Both the position numbers and the translations under genes were made by a program. A stretch of DNA of 64,000 bases from an uncultured Caulobacterales bacterium (GTDB lineage Bacteria > Pseudomonadota > Alphaproteobacteria > Caulobacterales > Caulobacteraceae), in the NCBI GenBank assembly GCA_903900155.1, contig CAIUMD010000025.1, positions 22,458 to 86,457 of the forward strand, given 5' to 3'. The notes below the pieces were generated by a model. It made no database searches and was not told the origin of the DNA. It saw only the letters and a list, made by a program, of their open reading frames with translations. Shown in pieces: positions 19,609-27,750 of this stretch; position 1 is the stretch's first letter; every line of letters starts with the position of its first letter.

Positions 19609-20670
19609 CTACTTCAGGCCCAGCCGCTGGCCGGCGTAACGCTCGCGCAGCGGGGTCCACCAAGCCTCGTTGTCCAGGTACCACTGGATGGTCTTGCGCA
19701 GGCCGGTGTCGAAGGTCTCCTGCGCCTGCCAGCCCAGCTCCGTCTCCAGCTTGGTCGCGTCGATGGCGTAGCGGGCGTCGTGGCCCGGACGGTCGGTGAC
19801 AAAGGTGATCAGGTCGCGGCGGCTCTGGCCGGCGATCGGGCGCAGCTCATCGAGCACGTCGCAGATGGCCTCGACCACCTGGAGGTTGGTGCGCTCGTTG
19901 CGGCCGCCGACATTGTAGCTCTCGCCCGGGACGCCCTTCGTGGCGATCAGGTGCAGGGCGCGGGCGTGGTCCTCGACATGCAGCCAGTCGCGGACATTGT
20001 CGCCCTTGCCGTAGACCGGCAGCGGCTTGCCCTCGAGGGCGTTCAGCGTGACCAGCGGGATCAGCTTCTCGGGGAAGTGATACGGGCCGTAGTTGTTCGA
20101 GCAGTTCGAGACCACCACCGGCAGGCCGTAGGTGTGACGCCAGGCGCGGGCCAGGTGGTCGGACGAGGCCTTGGAGGCCGAATAGGGCGAGCGCGGATCG
20201 TAGGGCGTGGTCTCGCTGAACAGGCCCGTAGGACCCAGGCTGCCGAACACCTCGTCGGTCGAGATGTGGTGGAAGCGGAAGGCGTCCTTCTCGGCCCCCT
20301 CCAGCGTGCGCCAGTGCTCCAGCGCCGCCTGCAGCATGACGTACGTGCCGACGATGTTGGTCTGGACGAAGTCGCCCGGGCCGGTGATCGAGCGGTCGAC
20401 ATGGCTCTCGGCGGCCAGGTGCATGACCACGTTCGGGCGGAAGGCCTTGATCGTGGCCGAGACGGCCGCCGCGTCGGCCACGTCGCCCTGCACGAACTGG
20501 TAGTCGGCCTTGCCCGCCAGCATCGCCAGGCTAGCCGGCGAGGCGGCATAGGTCAGCTTGTCGAAGTTGAGGATCGCCACATCGTTCTGGCCGGCCAGGT
20601 GACGGCACACGGCCGAGCCGATGAAGCCCGACCCGCCGGTCACCATCACGCGGAGATTTTGCTGCGACAT
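19609..20670 (-). CDS. rfbB: dTDP-glucose 4,6-dehydratase
   Basis: 353 aa. [10 protein letters not shown], catalytic [10 protein letters not shown], and full-length RmlB-like sequence. Confidence 0.93.
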   Translation of the reverse strand: MSQQNLRVMVTGGSGFIGSAVCRHLAGQNDVAILNFDKLTYAASPASLAMLAGKADYQFVQGDVADAAAVSATIKAFRPNVVMHLAAESHVDRSITGPGDFVQTNIVGTYVMLQAALEHWRTLEGAEKDAFRFHHISTDEVFGSLGPTGLFSETTPYDPRSPYSASKASSDHLARAWRHTYGLPVVVSNCSNNYGPYHFPEKLIPLVTLNALEGKPLPVYGKGDNVRDWLHVEDHARALHLIATKGVPGESYNVGGRNERTNLQVVEAICDVLDELRPIAGQSRRDLITFVTDRPGHDARYAIDATKLETELGWQAQETFDTGLRKTIQWYLDNEAWWTPLRERYAGQRLGLK

Positions 20671-20735
20671 GCGCTGGTCAGCCTCGGCCGGAAACAGAGC
20701 CGGGTCCGTACTCCAGTTTTTAGTGTACGCGCAAC

Positions 20736-21578
20736 TTAGTCGGTGAAGACCACCGTCTTGCGGCCGTTCAGCAGCACGCGGTCTTCCAGGCGGTAGCGCA
20801 GGGCGCGCGCCAGGACGCGGCGCTCGATGTCGCGGCCCTTGCGGACCAGGTCTTCCGGCGTATCGCGGTGGCTGATGCGCTCGACGTCCTGCTCGATGAT
20901 CGGGCCTTCGTCCAGGTCGCCGGTCACGTAGTGGGCCGAGGCGCCGATCAGCTTTACGCCGCGCGCATGGGCCTGGTGATAGGGCTTGGCGCCCTTGAAG
21001 CCCGGCAGGAACGAGTGGTGGATGTTGATGCAGCGGCCCTGCAGCTTGGCCGACAGGCCGTCCGACAGCACCTGCATGTAGCGGGCGAGCACGACGATGT
21101 CGGTCTTGGTCTCCTGGATCAGCTTCCAGAGGTCGGCTTCCTGCTCGAACTTGGTCTCCTTGGTCACCGGCAAGTGATGGAAAGGCAGGTCCGACAGGTC
21201 GATGTGCTCATAGGTCTCGGCGGGGTGGTTGGAGACCACGCCGGTGATGTCCATCGGCAGCTCGCCGATCCGCCAGCGATAGACGAGGTCCGCCAGGCAG
21301 TGGTCGAACTTGCTGGCCAGCAGCAGCACGCGATAACGCTCGGCGCGGTCGCGCAGGGACCACTTCATCTTCAGCGTATCGGCCAGGGCGCCGAACTCGC
21401 CACGCACGGCGGCCCGGTCGGCGCCGTCGGCGTCGAACACGACCCGCATGAAGAACTGACCGGTCTCCTGGTCGTCGAACTGCTGGGCGTCCAGGATGTT
21501 GCAGCCGCGCTCGAAGAGGAAGGCGGACACCTTGGCGACGATGCCGCGCTGGTCGGGGCAGGAGAGGGTCAGGATCAT
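20736..21578 (-). CDS. purU: Formyltetrahydrofolate deformylase
   Basis: 280 aa. N-terminal ACT domain ([17 protein letters not shown]) plus a formyltransferase core [20 protein letters not shown]. Confidence 0.92.
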   Translation of the reverse strand: MILTLSCPDQRGIVAKVSAFLFERGCNILDAQQFDDQETGQFFMRVVFDADGADRAAVRGEFGALADTLKMKWSLRDRAERYRVLLLASKFDHCLADLVYRWRIGELPMDITGVVSNHPAETYEHIDLSDLPFHHLPVTKETKFEQEADLWKLIQETKTDIVVLARYMQVLSDGLSAKLQGRCINIHHSFLPGFKGAKPYHQAHARGVKLIGASAHYVTGDLDEGPIIEQDVERISHRDTPEDLVRKGRDIERRVLARALRYRLEDRVLLNGRKTVVFTD

Positions 21579-21725
21579 GGTCCGTCCCCTCTAGAGAACC
21601 GCGCGCGCGAAGAAAAGCGGCTGAACGCCAGAAGCGAGACGGGTTTTTGCCCGCATGGCCCGAGTTTTCCTAAAGCGGCGGCCTGCGGGTAGGCGGCGCG
21701 GGGAGAACGGGTCTAGGCTCGGAGC

Positions 21726-22901
21726 ATGGTTTCCTCCTCCGAAGTGTTGTCCGATCGCGCGATCGACCTCCTGGCCAAGCTGGTGGCGTTCGACACCACC
21801 TCGCGGCGCTCCAATCTGGAGCTGATCCAGTGGGTCGAGGGGTATTTGGCCGAGCTCGATGTCCCGACCCGCCGGGTGCCGAACGCCGACGGGACCAAGG
21901 CGAACCTGATGGCCACCATCGGCCCGGCGGTCGAGGGCGGGGTGGTGCTGTCGGGCCATACCGACGTGGTGCCGGTCGACGGCCAGCCGTGGTCCAGCGA
22001 TCCGTGGGTGTTGACCGAGCGGGATGGCCGCCTCTATGGCCGCGGGACTTGCGACATGAAGGGCTTCCTGGCTCTCGCGCTGGCCGCCGCGCCGGACCTG
22101 GCCAAGGCGACGCTGAAGAAGCCGGTGCACCTGGCCTTCTCCTACGATGAAGAAGTCGGCTGCCTCGGCGCGCCCGACATGATCGAGGTCATCGCGACCG
22201 AGGTCCCCAAACCGGCCCTCGTCGTGGTCGGCGAACCCACCGACATGGTCGCCGTGCGCGGCCACAAGGGCATCGCCACCTTCACGGTCACCGTCACCGG
22301 CCGCGAGGCCCATTCCAGCCTCACCCACCTGGGCGTCTCGGCCAACACCGTGGCGATCAAGCTGATGGCGATGCTGGTGGAGCTCTCCGAAAAGCTCGAG
22401 CGCGAGGCTGATCCCAACTCGCCGTTCACGCCCAAGGGCGCGACCTTGACTGTCGGCATGGTCCATGGCGGCACGGCCGGCAACATCCTGGCGCGCGAGT
22501 GCAAGTTCCTGTTCGACCTGCGCACCCCCGCCGGCCAGGACCCGATGGCGCTGCTGACCGACTTCCTCGCCGCCTGCGACGCCATGGACGCGCAGATCAA
22601 GGCCAAGGCTCGGGAAGGCGGGGTCAAGGTCGAACGCCGCTCGCTGACCCCGGCCTTCGCGCCCGAGGAGGACGGCGTCGCCGAGGCCTTCGCCCGCAAG
22701 TTGGCCGGCGACAACGGTCCGGCCCGGGTCGTGCCCTACGCCGCCGAGGCCGGGCAGTTCCAGGGCGCGGGCTTCTCGACCGTGATCTGCGGTCCCGGCT
22801 CGATCGACCAGGCCCACCAGCCCGACGAATTTGTCGAGATCAGCCAGATGCAGCGCGGCGCGGCCTTCATGAGAAGGTTGATTGAAGACCTTTCGACCTA
22901 A
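21726..22901 (+). CDS. argE: Acetylornithine deacetylase (M20 peptidase family)
   Basis: 391 aa. LSGHTDVVPV, SYDEEVGCLG, and a C-terminal ...GPGSIDQAHQPDEFV. Confidence 0.8.
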   Translation: MVSSSEVLSDRAIDLLAKLVAFDTTSRRSNLELIQWVEGYLAELDVPTRRVPNADGTKANLMATIGPAVEGGVVLSGHTDVVPVDGQPWSSDPWVLTERDGRLYGRGTCDMKGFLALALAAAPDLAKATLKKPVHLAFSYDEEVGCLGAPDMIEVIATEVPKPALVVVGEPTDMVAVRGHKGIATFTVTVTGREAHSSLTHLGVSANTVAIKLMAMLVELSEKLEREADPNSPFTPKGATLTVGMVHGGTAGNILARECKFLFDLRTPAGQDPMALLTDFLAACDAMDAQIKAKAREGGVKVERRSLTPAFAPEEDGVAEAFARKLAGDNGPARVVPYAAEAGQFQGAGFSTVICGPGSIDQAHQPDEFVEISQMQRGAAFMRRLIEDLST

Positions 22902-22941
22902 CCCGTTTCCACGTCGAACGCCTGGAAGATCGGGGTTGAGG

Positions 22942-23967
22942 CTAGGCGCCTCGCCACTTCCGGATCACGAAGCGCCTTCCCACGAACGCCGCCGGGTCGA
23001 ACGACATCACCCGCAGGATCTGACCCGGCGAAGCCTTGCGCCTGGCCTGGATCGCACGGCGGTCGGCCCAGACCTGATCGAGGTCTTCCTTCTTCAGCGC
23101 CGCCTTGACGCCCCGGATCGCCGGCCCGACATCGCCGCGCCGCCAGTGCAGCAGCAGCAGGCCAGAAGTCACCGCCACGTGCAGCGGCAGGGTGACCGGC
23201 AGCAGCCAGCCGGGCGTGTTCTTCAGGAAGGTCCAGATCCGGTTGCGCGAGCCGTGGAAGATCGCGAAGTCCGACCGCACCCCGGTGCTGGCCGAGCCGA
23301 CGTGGGCGACCTTGGCCTTTGGGAGGAGCAGCGTCGGCTGGCCGTAGAGACGCAGGCGGTAGCCCAGGTCGACGTCCTCGCAGTAGCAGAAATAGCGTTC
23401 GTCGAAGCCGCCGACCTCAAGGAACAGGTCGCGGTCGATCAGCATGGCCGCGCCACAGGCCGAGAACACCTCGCCCTCGGGTAGGACCGCCGGCTCGCGA
23501 CGGCCATACCCGCCTCGGAACGGTATGCCCGCGCTGGTGACATTGTCGCCGGCCCCGTCCAGCAGGCCCGGCCGATCCGCCGACAGCTGCAAGGAGGCGA
23601 AGCTCTTCACGGTGGGATGGCGGAGGGCGCCGGCCATCAGTTGGGCCAGCCAGTCGGGCTCGGCATAGGCGTCCGGATTGAGCAGGACGAGCCAGTGGCC
23701 CTTGGCCCGCCGGGCCGCGAAGTTGTTGCCGGCCGCGAAGCCCAGATTGGCGCCGGCCTCGACGAAATCGACCCACGGATGGGCCTTGGCCGCCGCCTGC
23801 GGGGCGCCGTCGGTCGAGGCGTTGTCGATCAGGATCGTCTCGAAGTCACGGAAGGTCTGGGCCGCCAGCCGCTCCAGGCACGGCGCCAGGGTCGGACCGC
23901 TCTGGTAGGAGACGATGATCACGCTCACCGCCGGGTTGGTCTTGTTTTCGGTCGCTTCAGGCGGCAT
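22942..23967 (-). CDS. Family-2 glycosyltransferase (possible rhamnosyltransferase)
   Basis: The ATG at 23967 gives MPPEATENKTNPAVSVIIVSYQSG...DNASTDG. The 130-aa upstream extension in the ORF track runs antisense through rfbC and is rejected. Confidence 0.8.
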   Translation of the reverse strand: MPPEATENKTNPAVSVIIVSYQSGPTLAPCLERLAAQTFRDFETILIDNASTDGAPQAAAKAHPWVDFVEAGANLGFAAGNNFAARRAKGHWLVLLNPDAYAEPDWLAQLMAGALRHPTVKSFASLQLSADRPGLLDGAGDNVTSAGIPFRGGYGRREPAVLPEGEVFSACGAAMLIDRDLFLEVGGFDERYFCYCEDVDLGYRLRLYGQPTLLLPKAKVAHVGSASTGVRSDFAIFHGSRNRIWTFLKNTPGWLLPVTLPLHVAVTSGLLLLHWRRGDVGPAIRGVKAALKKEDLDQVWADRRAIQARRKASPGQILRVMSFDPAAFVGRRFVIRKWRGA

Positions 23968-24000
23968 CGGTGGCGAAATTCGTTTCTCTAGGTACGCGTC

Positions 24001-24558
24001 ATGAAGATCACGCCGCTGGCGATCCCCGAAGTGCTGCTTATCACGCCCGCGCGCCATGGCGATGAGCGTGGCTGGTTTTCCGAGACCTTCCGCCAGGCGG
24101 CGCTGGAGGAAGCCGGATTTAAGGCCGCTTTCGTCCAGGACAACCATGTGCGCTCCACCACGCGCGGCATCCAGCGCGGCCTGCACTACCAGAAGCCGCC
24201 CCACGCCCAGGACAAGCTGCTGCGCTGCGTGGTCGGGTCGATCTTCGACGTGGCGGTCGATATCCGCCAAGGCTCGCCGACCTACGGCCAGTGGGTCGGG
24301 GCCGAACTGTCGGCCGAGAACCGCCAGCAGTTGCTGGTCCCGAAAGGCTTCGCCCACGGCTACGTCACCCTGACCGACGCCTGCGAGGTGCTCTACAAGG
24401 TTACCGACTACTACGCGCCGCAGGCCGAGGGCGCGGTGCGCTGGAGCGATCCGGCCATCGGCATCGACTGGCCGATCCCGGTCGCCGAGATCACCGCCAA
24501 CGACCGCGACAACGCCGCGCCGCTGCTGGCGGATATCGAGACGCCCTTCGAATATTAG
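24001..24558 (+). CDS. rfbC: dTDP-4-dehydrorhamnose 3,5-epimerase
   Basis: 185 aa. MKITPLAIPEVLLITP..HGDERGWFSETF and RGLHYQ cupin motifs. Confidence 0.93.
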   Translation: MKITPLAIPEVLLITPARHGDERGWFSETFRQAALEEAGFKAAFVQDNHVRSTTRGIQRGLHYQKPPHAQDKLLRCVVGSIFDVAVDIRQGSPTYGQWVGAELSAENRQQLLVPKGFAHGYVTLTDACEVLYKVTDYYAPQAEGAVRWSDPAIGIDWPIPVAEITANDRDNAAPLLADIETPFEY

Positions 24559-24559
24559 A

Positions 24560-24674
24560 CCCTCCCCTTAGCGGGGGGGGGGGTGTCCGCGAAGCGGACG
24601 GAGGGGGAAGTTCTGCCGCACCGGCCACTTCCCTCGCCGTCGCCTTTCGGCGACACCTCTCCCCTGGGGAGAGG
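24560..24674. repeat. Cluster of GC-rich palindromic (REP-like) units including a G11 homopolymer
   Basis: Read directly: ccctcccc...G11 (24573-24583); gtccgc-gaa-gcggac (24584-24598); gtcgcc-tttc-ggcgac (24639-24654); cctctcccc-tg-gggagagg (24656-24674). Confidence 0.6.
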
Positions 24675-24681
24675 ATTTGAG

Positions 24682-25584
24682 ATGACCGCTTTCACCGACT
24701 TCTTCTGGACCTCGCACGAAGGCCTGCCGCTGCACGCCCGCGACTACGCGCCGACCGGCGAGAGCCGGAAGTCGCCGGTGATCTGCATCCACGGCCTGAC
24801 CCGCAACGCTCGCGACTTCGAAGACTTGGCCCCGAAGATCGCCGCCACGGGCCGCCGGGTGCTGGCGGTCGACGTGCGCGGCCGGGGGCTGTCGGCCCGT
24901 GATCCGAACCCGATGAACTACCACCCGGGGACCTATGCCGCCGACGTCGTGTCGCTGCTGCAGGCGGCCGGAATCGAGCGGGCGGTATTTGTCGGCACAA
25001 GCATGGGCGGGCTGATCACCATGGTGCTGACCTCGATCATGCCCCAGGCGATCGCGGCCGCGGTGCTGAACGATGTCGGCCCCGAGCTGTCGCCCGTCGG
25101 CCTGGCCCGCATCGCCGGCTATACCGGTATGGCCAGCCGGTTCGAGACCTGGGACGCAGCGGTCGCCTACGCCAAAGCGATCAACGCGGCCGCCTTCCCG
25201 GCCTACGGCCCCGAAGACTGGGATGTCTTCGCCCGCCGGCTGTTCGACGCGCAGGACGACGGTTACGTCCTGGCCTACGACCCCGATATCTCGGCCCCGA
25301 TCAAGGCCGCCGCCGAAGCCGCGGCCAGGACCCAGGCCGAGGGCGGCGCGGCGCTGGCCCCGCCGGACATGTATCCGCTGTTCCGGGCGCTCGCGAAGGA
25401 CCGCCCGCTGCTGCTGGTGCGTGGCGGAATCTCCGACCTGATCGACCCCGCCATCGCCGAGCGCATGCAGGCCGCCGCGCCGCACATGGCCTATGCCGAG
25501 GTCCCCGGCGTCGGCCACGCCCCGATGCTGACCGAGCCGCAAGCGTGGGCCGCAATAGAAAACCTGCTGGAGACCGCGTCCTAA
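24682..25584 (+). CDS. Alpha/beta-fold hydrolase
   Basis: The ATG at 24682 follows GGGGAGAGGA. HGLTRNARDF oxyanion region and nucleophile elbow GTSMGG. C-terminal GVGHAP. Confidence 0.8.
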   Translation: MTAFTDFFWTSHEGLPLHARDYAPTGESRKSPVICIHGLTRNARDFEDLAPKIAATGRRVLAVDVRGRGLSARDPNPMNYHPGTYAADVVSLLQAAGIERAVFVGTSMGGLITMVLTSIMPQAIAAAVLNDVGPELSPVGLARIAGYTGMASRFETWDAAVAYAKAINAAAFPAYGPEDWDVFARRLFDAQDDGYVLAYDPDISAPIKAAAEAAARTQAEGGAALAPPDMYPLFRALAKDRPLLLVRGGISDLIDPAIAERMQAAAPHMAYAEVPGVGHAPMLTEPQAWAAIENLLETAS

Positions 25585-25646
25585 AGGGGTGTGCCCGGAT
25601 CGTCCAGCCATGCTAGAGCCCCGGCAGTTCTCGTGCTGGAGCGCCT

Positions 25647-26849
25647 ATGACCCTCGACCTCGCCGCCATCCAAGCCGCCGCCGGCCGCCTGAAGGGTCAG
25701 ATCGAGCGCACGCCGTGCCGCCACTCCAAGACGCTGTCGAAGATTACCGGCGCCGAAGTCTGGGTGAAGTTCGAGAACCTGCAGTTCACCGCCGCCTACA
25801 AGGAGCGCGGCGCGCTGAATAAGCTGATGCTGCTCTCGGACGCCGAGAAGGCCAAGGGCGTCATCGCCGCCAGCGCCGGCAACCACGCCCAGGGTCTGGC
25901 CTATCATGGCGCCCGCCTGGGCGTGCCCGTCACCATCGTCATGCCCAAGACCACGCCGTTCGTGAAGGTGCAGCACACCCGCGACTTCGGCGCCGACGTG
26001 GTCATCGAGGGCGAGACCTATGACGACGCCAACGCCCACGCCCGCAAGCTGCGCGAAGAGCAGGGCCTGACCTTCGTCCACCCGTTCGACGACTACGACA
26101 TCATGGCCGGTCAAGGCACGATCGCCCTGGAAATGCTGGAGGACGTGCCCGACCTTGAGGTCCTGCCCGTGCCGATCGGCGGCGGCGGCCTGATCAGCGG
26201 CGTGGCCACGGCGGCCAAGGCCCTGAAGGGCGACATCCACATCATCGGCTGCGAGCCGGCCATGTACCCCTCGTTTACCGCCAAGATGCGCGGCGTCGCG
26301 GCGCACTGCGGCGGCCAGACCATTGCCGAGGGCGTCGCGGTCAAGCAGGTCGGCGAGCTGACCTACGGCGTCACCCGCCCGCTGATCGATGACGTGCTGT
26401 TGCTGGAAGAGCCGCACATCGAGCAGGCCGTGGCCCTGTACTGCAATGTCGAGAAGACCATCGCCGAGGGCGCCGGCGCGGCCTCGCTGGCGGCGCTGCT
26501 GGCCTATCCGGAACGCTTCCGGGGCAAGAAGTGCGGCCTGATCCTGTGCGGCGGCAATATCGATACGCGCCTGCTGGCCTCGGTGCTGACCCGCGAACTG
26601 GTCCGCGCCCAGCGCCTGGTGTCCCTGCGCATCATCGGCGACGACCGCCCGGGCCTGCTGTCGACCGTCTCGCACGAGATCGGCGCGATGGGCGCCAACA
26701 TCATCGAGGTCAACCACAACCGCCTGGCCCTGGACGTGCCGGCCAAGGGCGCGGAGTTCGACATCACCATCGAAACCCGCGACGCCCAGCACACCCAGGA
26801 GGTCATGAACGCCCTGCGTGACAAGGGTTACCCGCCGCGGGTGGTTTGA
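25647..26849 (+). CDS. ilvA: Threonine ammonia-lyase (threonine dehydratase), short form with one ACT-like domain
   Basis: 400 aa. PLP lysine in ENLQFTAAYKERGA, SAGNHAQG, and a C-terminal regulatory domain (LRIIGDDRPGLLSTVS...). Confidence 0.88.
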   Translation: MTLDLAAIQAAAGRLKGQIERTPCRHSKTLSKITGAEVWVKFENLQFTAAYKERGALNKLMLLSDAEKAKGVIAASAGNHAQGLAYHGARLGVPVTIVMPKTTPFVKVQHTRDFGADVVIEGETYDDANAHARKLREEQGLTFVHPFDDYDIMAGQGTIALEMLEDVPDLEVLPVPIGGGGLISGVATAAKALKGDIHIIGCEPAMYPSFTAKMRGVAAHCGGQTIAEGVAVKQVGELTYGVTRPLIDDVLLLEEPHIEQAVALYCNVEKTIAEGAGAASLAALLAYPERFRGKKCGLILCGGNIDTRLLASVLTRELVRAQRLVSLRIIGDDRPGLLSTVSHEIGAMGANIIEVNHNRLALDVPAKGAEFDITIETRDAQHTQEVMNALRDKGYPPRVV

Positions 26850-26853
26850 TGAT

Positions 26854-27180
26854 CTAGCAGGCTGTTGAAGAAGGCTCTCGACGTGCGATGAAGTTGGCCT
26901 CGTCGCCGCCATGGAAGCAGATCTGGCCCTCTAGAGAGCCGTTGGGCTGGAGTTGCGCCCATCCGTCGCCACAGACCTCGTCCATCTCGTCGCTGCCAGA
27001 CCATTGGAACGCGACGGCGTCTGTGTCGCCGCCACCGAAGATCTGGCCGGTGACGCAGCCGAAGGCGAACTCGCCGGAGCCGTGGTCGTCAAAGAGGATG
27101 TAGGCGGGCTCGACCATGTCCGGATAGTCGTCGGTATAGTCGGGCATCTCGACGATGCGCCAGCGGCCCAGCAGGTTCAT
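26854..27180 (-). CDS. Hypothetical 108-aa protein encoded inside the IS-bounded element
   Basis: The ATG at 27180 (MNLLGRWRIVEMPDYTDDYPDMVEPAYILFDDHGSGEFAFGC...) overlaps the stop of the transposase fragment. The last codons and stop lie in the left inverted repeat. No family recognised, and expression is uncertain. Confidence 0.4.
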   Translation of the reverse strand: MNLLGRWRIVEMPDYTDDYPDMVEPAYILFDDHGSGEFAFGCVTGQIFGGGDTDAVAFQWSGSDEMDEVCGDGWAQLQPNGSLEGQICFHGGDEANFIARREPSSTAC

Positions 27181-27383
27181 GCCGACACCGCCAGCAGCCG
27201 CTCCAGCGGGACCGACGGCCGCCCCAGCTTCGGCGGATAGAGCGCCGCGAAGTCCTCGCTCAGGTCCCAAAGCGCAGCGTTTGCGATCTCCCGGATCGGC
27301 CGCAGCGGATGATCCCGCCGCACCCGCGCTTCCAGATCCACGGACGAGAACAGCGGACCCTTCCATTCGTCAGACCCACGCAT
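27177..27383 (-). pseudogene. IS5/IS1182-type transposase, N-terminal (DUF772/InsH-N-like) fragment only
   Basis: MRGSDEWKGPLFSSVDLEARVRRDHPLRPIREIANAALWDLSEDFAALYPPKLGRPSVPLERLL matches the conserved N-terminus of this transposase type. It stops after about 68 aa with no DDE domain. Confidence 0.7.
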
Positions 27384-27520
27384 CCTTCCCCCTCCCCCAA
27401 GCCGGCGCTCAAGTAGAGTGAATCATGCCAAGTCCCGCGCCGCTACGGACTTCTTCAACAGCCTGCTAGACGACAGAATCGCTAGTCAGACTCGACCCCC
27501 ATGCCCGCCCTTCCCGGTCC

Positions 27521-27616
27521 TGGCCGATCGGACCGTTGGCGCAGAACGGTGCGAGCGTGGCGGCGGGGCGCTTCATAACCGGGGCGATGATCCCGATCGA
27601 CGGCGGCGCGACCTGT
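27521..27616 (+). pseudogene. Possible 3' remnant of a short-chain dehydrogenase gene
   Basis: The frame reads ...LAQNGASVAAGRFITGAMIPIDGGATC, resembling the typical SDR C-terminus (..ASxITGxxIxVDGG..). No N-terminal part is present, and it abuts the IS element. Confidence 0.35.
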
Positions 27617-27750
27617 CTCGACACGCGGAAACTGCGCGGTCTTGGCGGCGTCCTAAGGACCGTGCGGCGGAAAAGGTCGTGCCGCTGCGAGCAAGTGCTG
27701 GTGAGTATCCCTGCGTAACCCTACCGCTACACATAAAAAGGGAGGGGAAG

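Larger units (their letters stand above)
26854..27469 (-). mobile_element. 616-bp IS-derived element bounded by perfect 20-bp terminal inverted repeats (internally deleted IS / insertion-cassette-like)
   Basis: ctagcaggctgttgaagaag (26854-26873) is the exact reverse complement of cttcttcaacagcctgctag (27450-27469). A transposase N-terminal fragment starts 86 bp inside the right repeat. Confidence 0.65.

Noticed and set aside
22942-24357. N-terminal extensions of several ORF-track entries (this one, plus 4043-5062, 27418-30708, 34031-35725, 57741-60266, 24583-25584, 37381-38271 and 41099-41932)
   Set aside because: The extensions overlap neighbouring genes and lack similarity to the family. 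Internal starts give canonical N-termini or signal peptides, often with an SD or a stop/start overlap.
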